Assembly (NCBI GenBank): GCA_043798915.1
Contig: JAZDOG010000076.1
Location: 1 to 27,893, forward strand
Source: Pseudomonadota bacterium
Lineage (GTDB): Bacteria > UBA10199 > 2-02-FULL-44-16 > JAAZCA01
DNA length: 27,893 nucleotides
Direction of reading: 5' to 3'
In this document: positions 26,481 to 27,893 of the stretch, piece by piece
Layout of the letters: each line of letters begins with the position of its first letter
How positions within the stretch are numbered: the stretch's first letter is position 1
Program-made: the position numbers and the translations under genes
The notes under the pieces: model-generated
What the model saw: only the letters and a program-made list of their open reading frames with translations
Database searches by the model: none
Told to the model about the DNA's origin: nothing

Positions 26481-27188
26481 TCAGGTTTCCATTTTGTCCA
26501 CGAACGTAGTTATTGCCTCCAGCTCTGTCAAGTACTGCTCGAATGCGGAGAGGGCGTCGTTCCGCCGTGGCAGGACCGACTCACCCCCGCGGATGGCCAT
26601 TATCTCGAGAAATATCTCCGGATTGAAGCCGGCCATCTGAGCTACCTTCTCGATCACCGCCCGCCCTTCGGGTGGCGGCGTCTCGCCAGCGAGCCTGAGC
26701 GTCGACCTGAATGCCGCCATGAAGGATGGAAACGATTCGACCATCATGTGGGCCATGCGCCTGGGCCTGTGGCAGTTGGCCGCGTAGAAGGAGCGCAGAT
26801 GGAGGAGCTTTCCCTTGAGCTCGCTCTCGCACTGATGCCTCAAGTTTTTGGGGTCGACCTTGAACTCGGAGAGCGGGTCATGGCCGATAAGGACCTGGTG
26901 CCTGTCCATCATGTCCAGAAACTCGATGGGGAAGACGTCCAGCGACCTCTCGATATGTTCCGACCCGAAGAAGTGGGGCGGGGGATTGCCCCGGCGTACC
27001 CACTTTCTGACGATACGGTTTGACCTGGCGAGCATCGCCGGCGTGGGTTTTGCGAGGACGCAGAAGACGTTGAAGTCAGAAAACTTCTTCGAATGGTTGC
27101 CGCCCGCCGCCGAACCGTACAGGACGACCGACTTCAATTCCTCGCCATAGATGTGTTCCAGCTCGTGCGCCAGTTCATGTGGTGTCAT
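26481..27188 (-). CDS. Pol-beta-like nucleotidyltransferase-domain protein with helical C-terminal domain
   Basis: KSVVLYGSAAGG...SDFNVFCVL (GS..DxN), DVFPIEFLDM, LIGHD. AGGAGG SD overlapping the upstream stop. Confidence 0.75.
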   Translation of the reverse strand: MTPHELAHELEHIYGEELKSVVLYGSAAGGNHSKKFSDFNVFCVLAKPTPAMLARSNRIVRKWVRRGNPPPHFFGSEHIERSLDVFPIEFLDMMDRHQVLIGHDPLSEFKVDPKNLRHQCESELKGKLLHLRSFYAANCHRPRRMAHMMVESFPSFMAAFRSTLRLAGETPPPEGRAVIEKVAQMAGFNPEIFLEIMAIRGGESVLPRRNDALSAFEQYLTELEAITTFVDKMET

Positions 27189-27197
27189 GTGACCTCC

Positions 27198-27893
27198 TTA
27201 CCAGCTCCTCGATGACCCGCCGCCTCCGGACATTCCCCCGCCGAACCCGCCGAATCCACCCCCGCCAAATCCACCTCCTCCGCGACCGCCGCCGCTCATG
27301 TTGAGCACGAGCAGGAAGAGCCACGGATGGCGGATGAAGAGATAGATGAGGAATATGACGAACAGGACCTTGCCTGCCGTGCGGAGCGGCCCGCCTTTTT
27401 TATGTTCCGGGGGCGGGTCCGGTATTTCGGTGTAGACGCCGGCGTCGTCGACGGAGCCTGTATCAAATGCGATGCCCTCTTTGTCCGCGATCGTCCTTAC
27501 TATCGCCACGGTCCCCGCTGTGATGCCATCGCTCACCTCGCCGGCGCGGAACCTTGGGACGACATAGTCGTCGATTATCCGCCCGGTCAGCGCGTCGTTC
27601 AGCACGCCTTCGAGGCCGTATCCAACTTCAATCCGCACCTTCCTTTCGTTGGGCGCGACGAGGAAGAGGGCGCCGTTGTCCTTCCCCTTCTTTCCGATCC
27701 CCCATTCTTTGTAGAGATCGACCGCTACGTCCTCCACGGTGCGGCCTTCGAGGGAGGGGAGGGTGGCGACCGCGACCTCGATCCCGGTGGATTTTTCGAA
27801 CGAGGAGAGGAGCCCCTCGACCTTCGACTTCGATCCGGCGGACATCACGCCCGCGAAGTCGTTCACGAAGCCGGCCGGCTTGGGAAACGCCGC
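27198..27893 (-). CDS. TPM-domain (YgcG-like) membrane protein, 5'-truncated by the window edge
   Basis: The frame is open to the edge (AAFPKPAGFVNDFAGV). WGIGKKGKDNGALFLVAPNERKVRIEVGYGLEG, TM helix and Gly-rich GGFGGG...SSRSW tail. Confidence 0.92.
   Translation of the reverse strand, partial: AAFPKPAGFVNDFAGVMSAGSKSKVEGLLSSFEKSTGIEVAVATLPSLEGRTVEDVAVDLYKEWGIGKKGKDNGALFLVAPNERKVRIEVGYGLEGVLNDALTGRIIDDYVVPRFRAGEVSDGITAGTVAIVRTIADKEGIAFDTGSVDDAGVYTEIPDPPPEHKKGGPLRTAGKVLFVIFLIYLFIRHPWLFLLVLNMSGGGRGGGGFGGGGFGGFGGGMSGGGGSSRSW

Noticed and set aside
27198..27300. Low-complexity CCGCC repeats
   Set aside because: They encode the normal Gly-rich tail of TPM proteins.

Overview
A GC-rich (roughly 60% by eye) bacterial chromosomal window, almost fully coding. 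The gene content suggests a deltaproteobacterial-type lineage (Myxococcota/Bdellovibrionota relatives), which is inference only. From left to right: (1) a type IV (MSHA-like) pilus locus with a PilB/MshE ATPase carrying a degenerate MshEN c-di-GMP motif, PilC/MshG, two tandem pilin paralogues lacking the prepilin peptidase site (separated by a REP-like inverted repeat), an MshA-like major pilin and a minor pilin; (2) on the minus strand, a large S41/PDZ protease, ribF, an apparently dead shikimate-dehydrogenase N-domain and a single-domain response regulator with a sigma54/IHF-like promoter; (3) a GAF histidine kinase, then TolC, MlaC-like and NPP-family genes; (4) ahcY, etfB, etfA, acyl-CoA dehydrogenase and deoxynucleoside kinase; (5) an MntA/HepT toxin-antitoxin pair; (6) a convergent FadF-like heme b/Fe-S/CCG oxidoreductase; (7) a Cys-rich orphan lipoprotein; (8) a TPM, degenerate nucleotidyltransferase and LemA operon running off the right edge. 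No rRNA, tRNA, CRISPR array or transposase was recognised. The best candidates for undescribed biology are the apparently uncleavable pilin pair, the TPM-NTase-LemA module, the TolC-MlaC-NPP module and the pseudo-AroE. All assignments come from motif recognition by eye, with no database searches.
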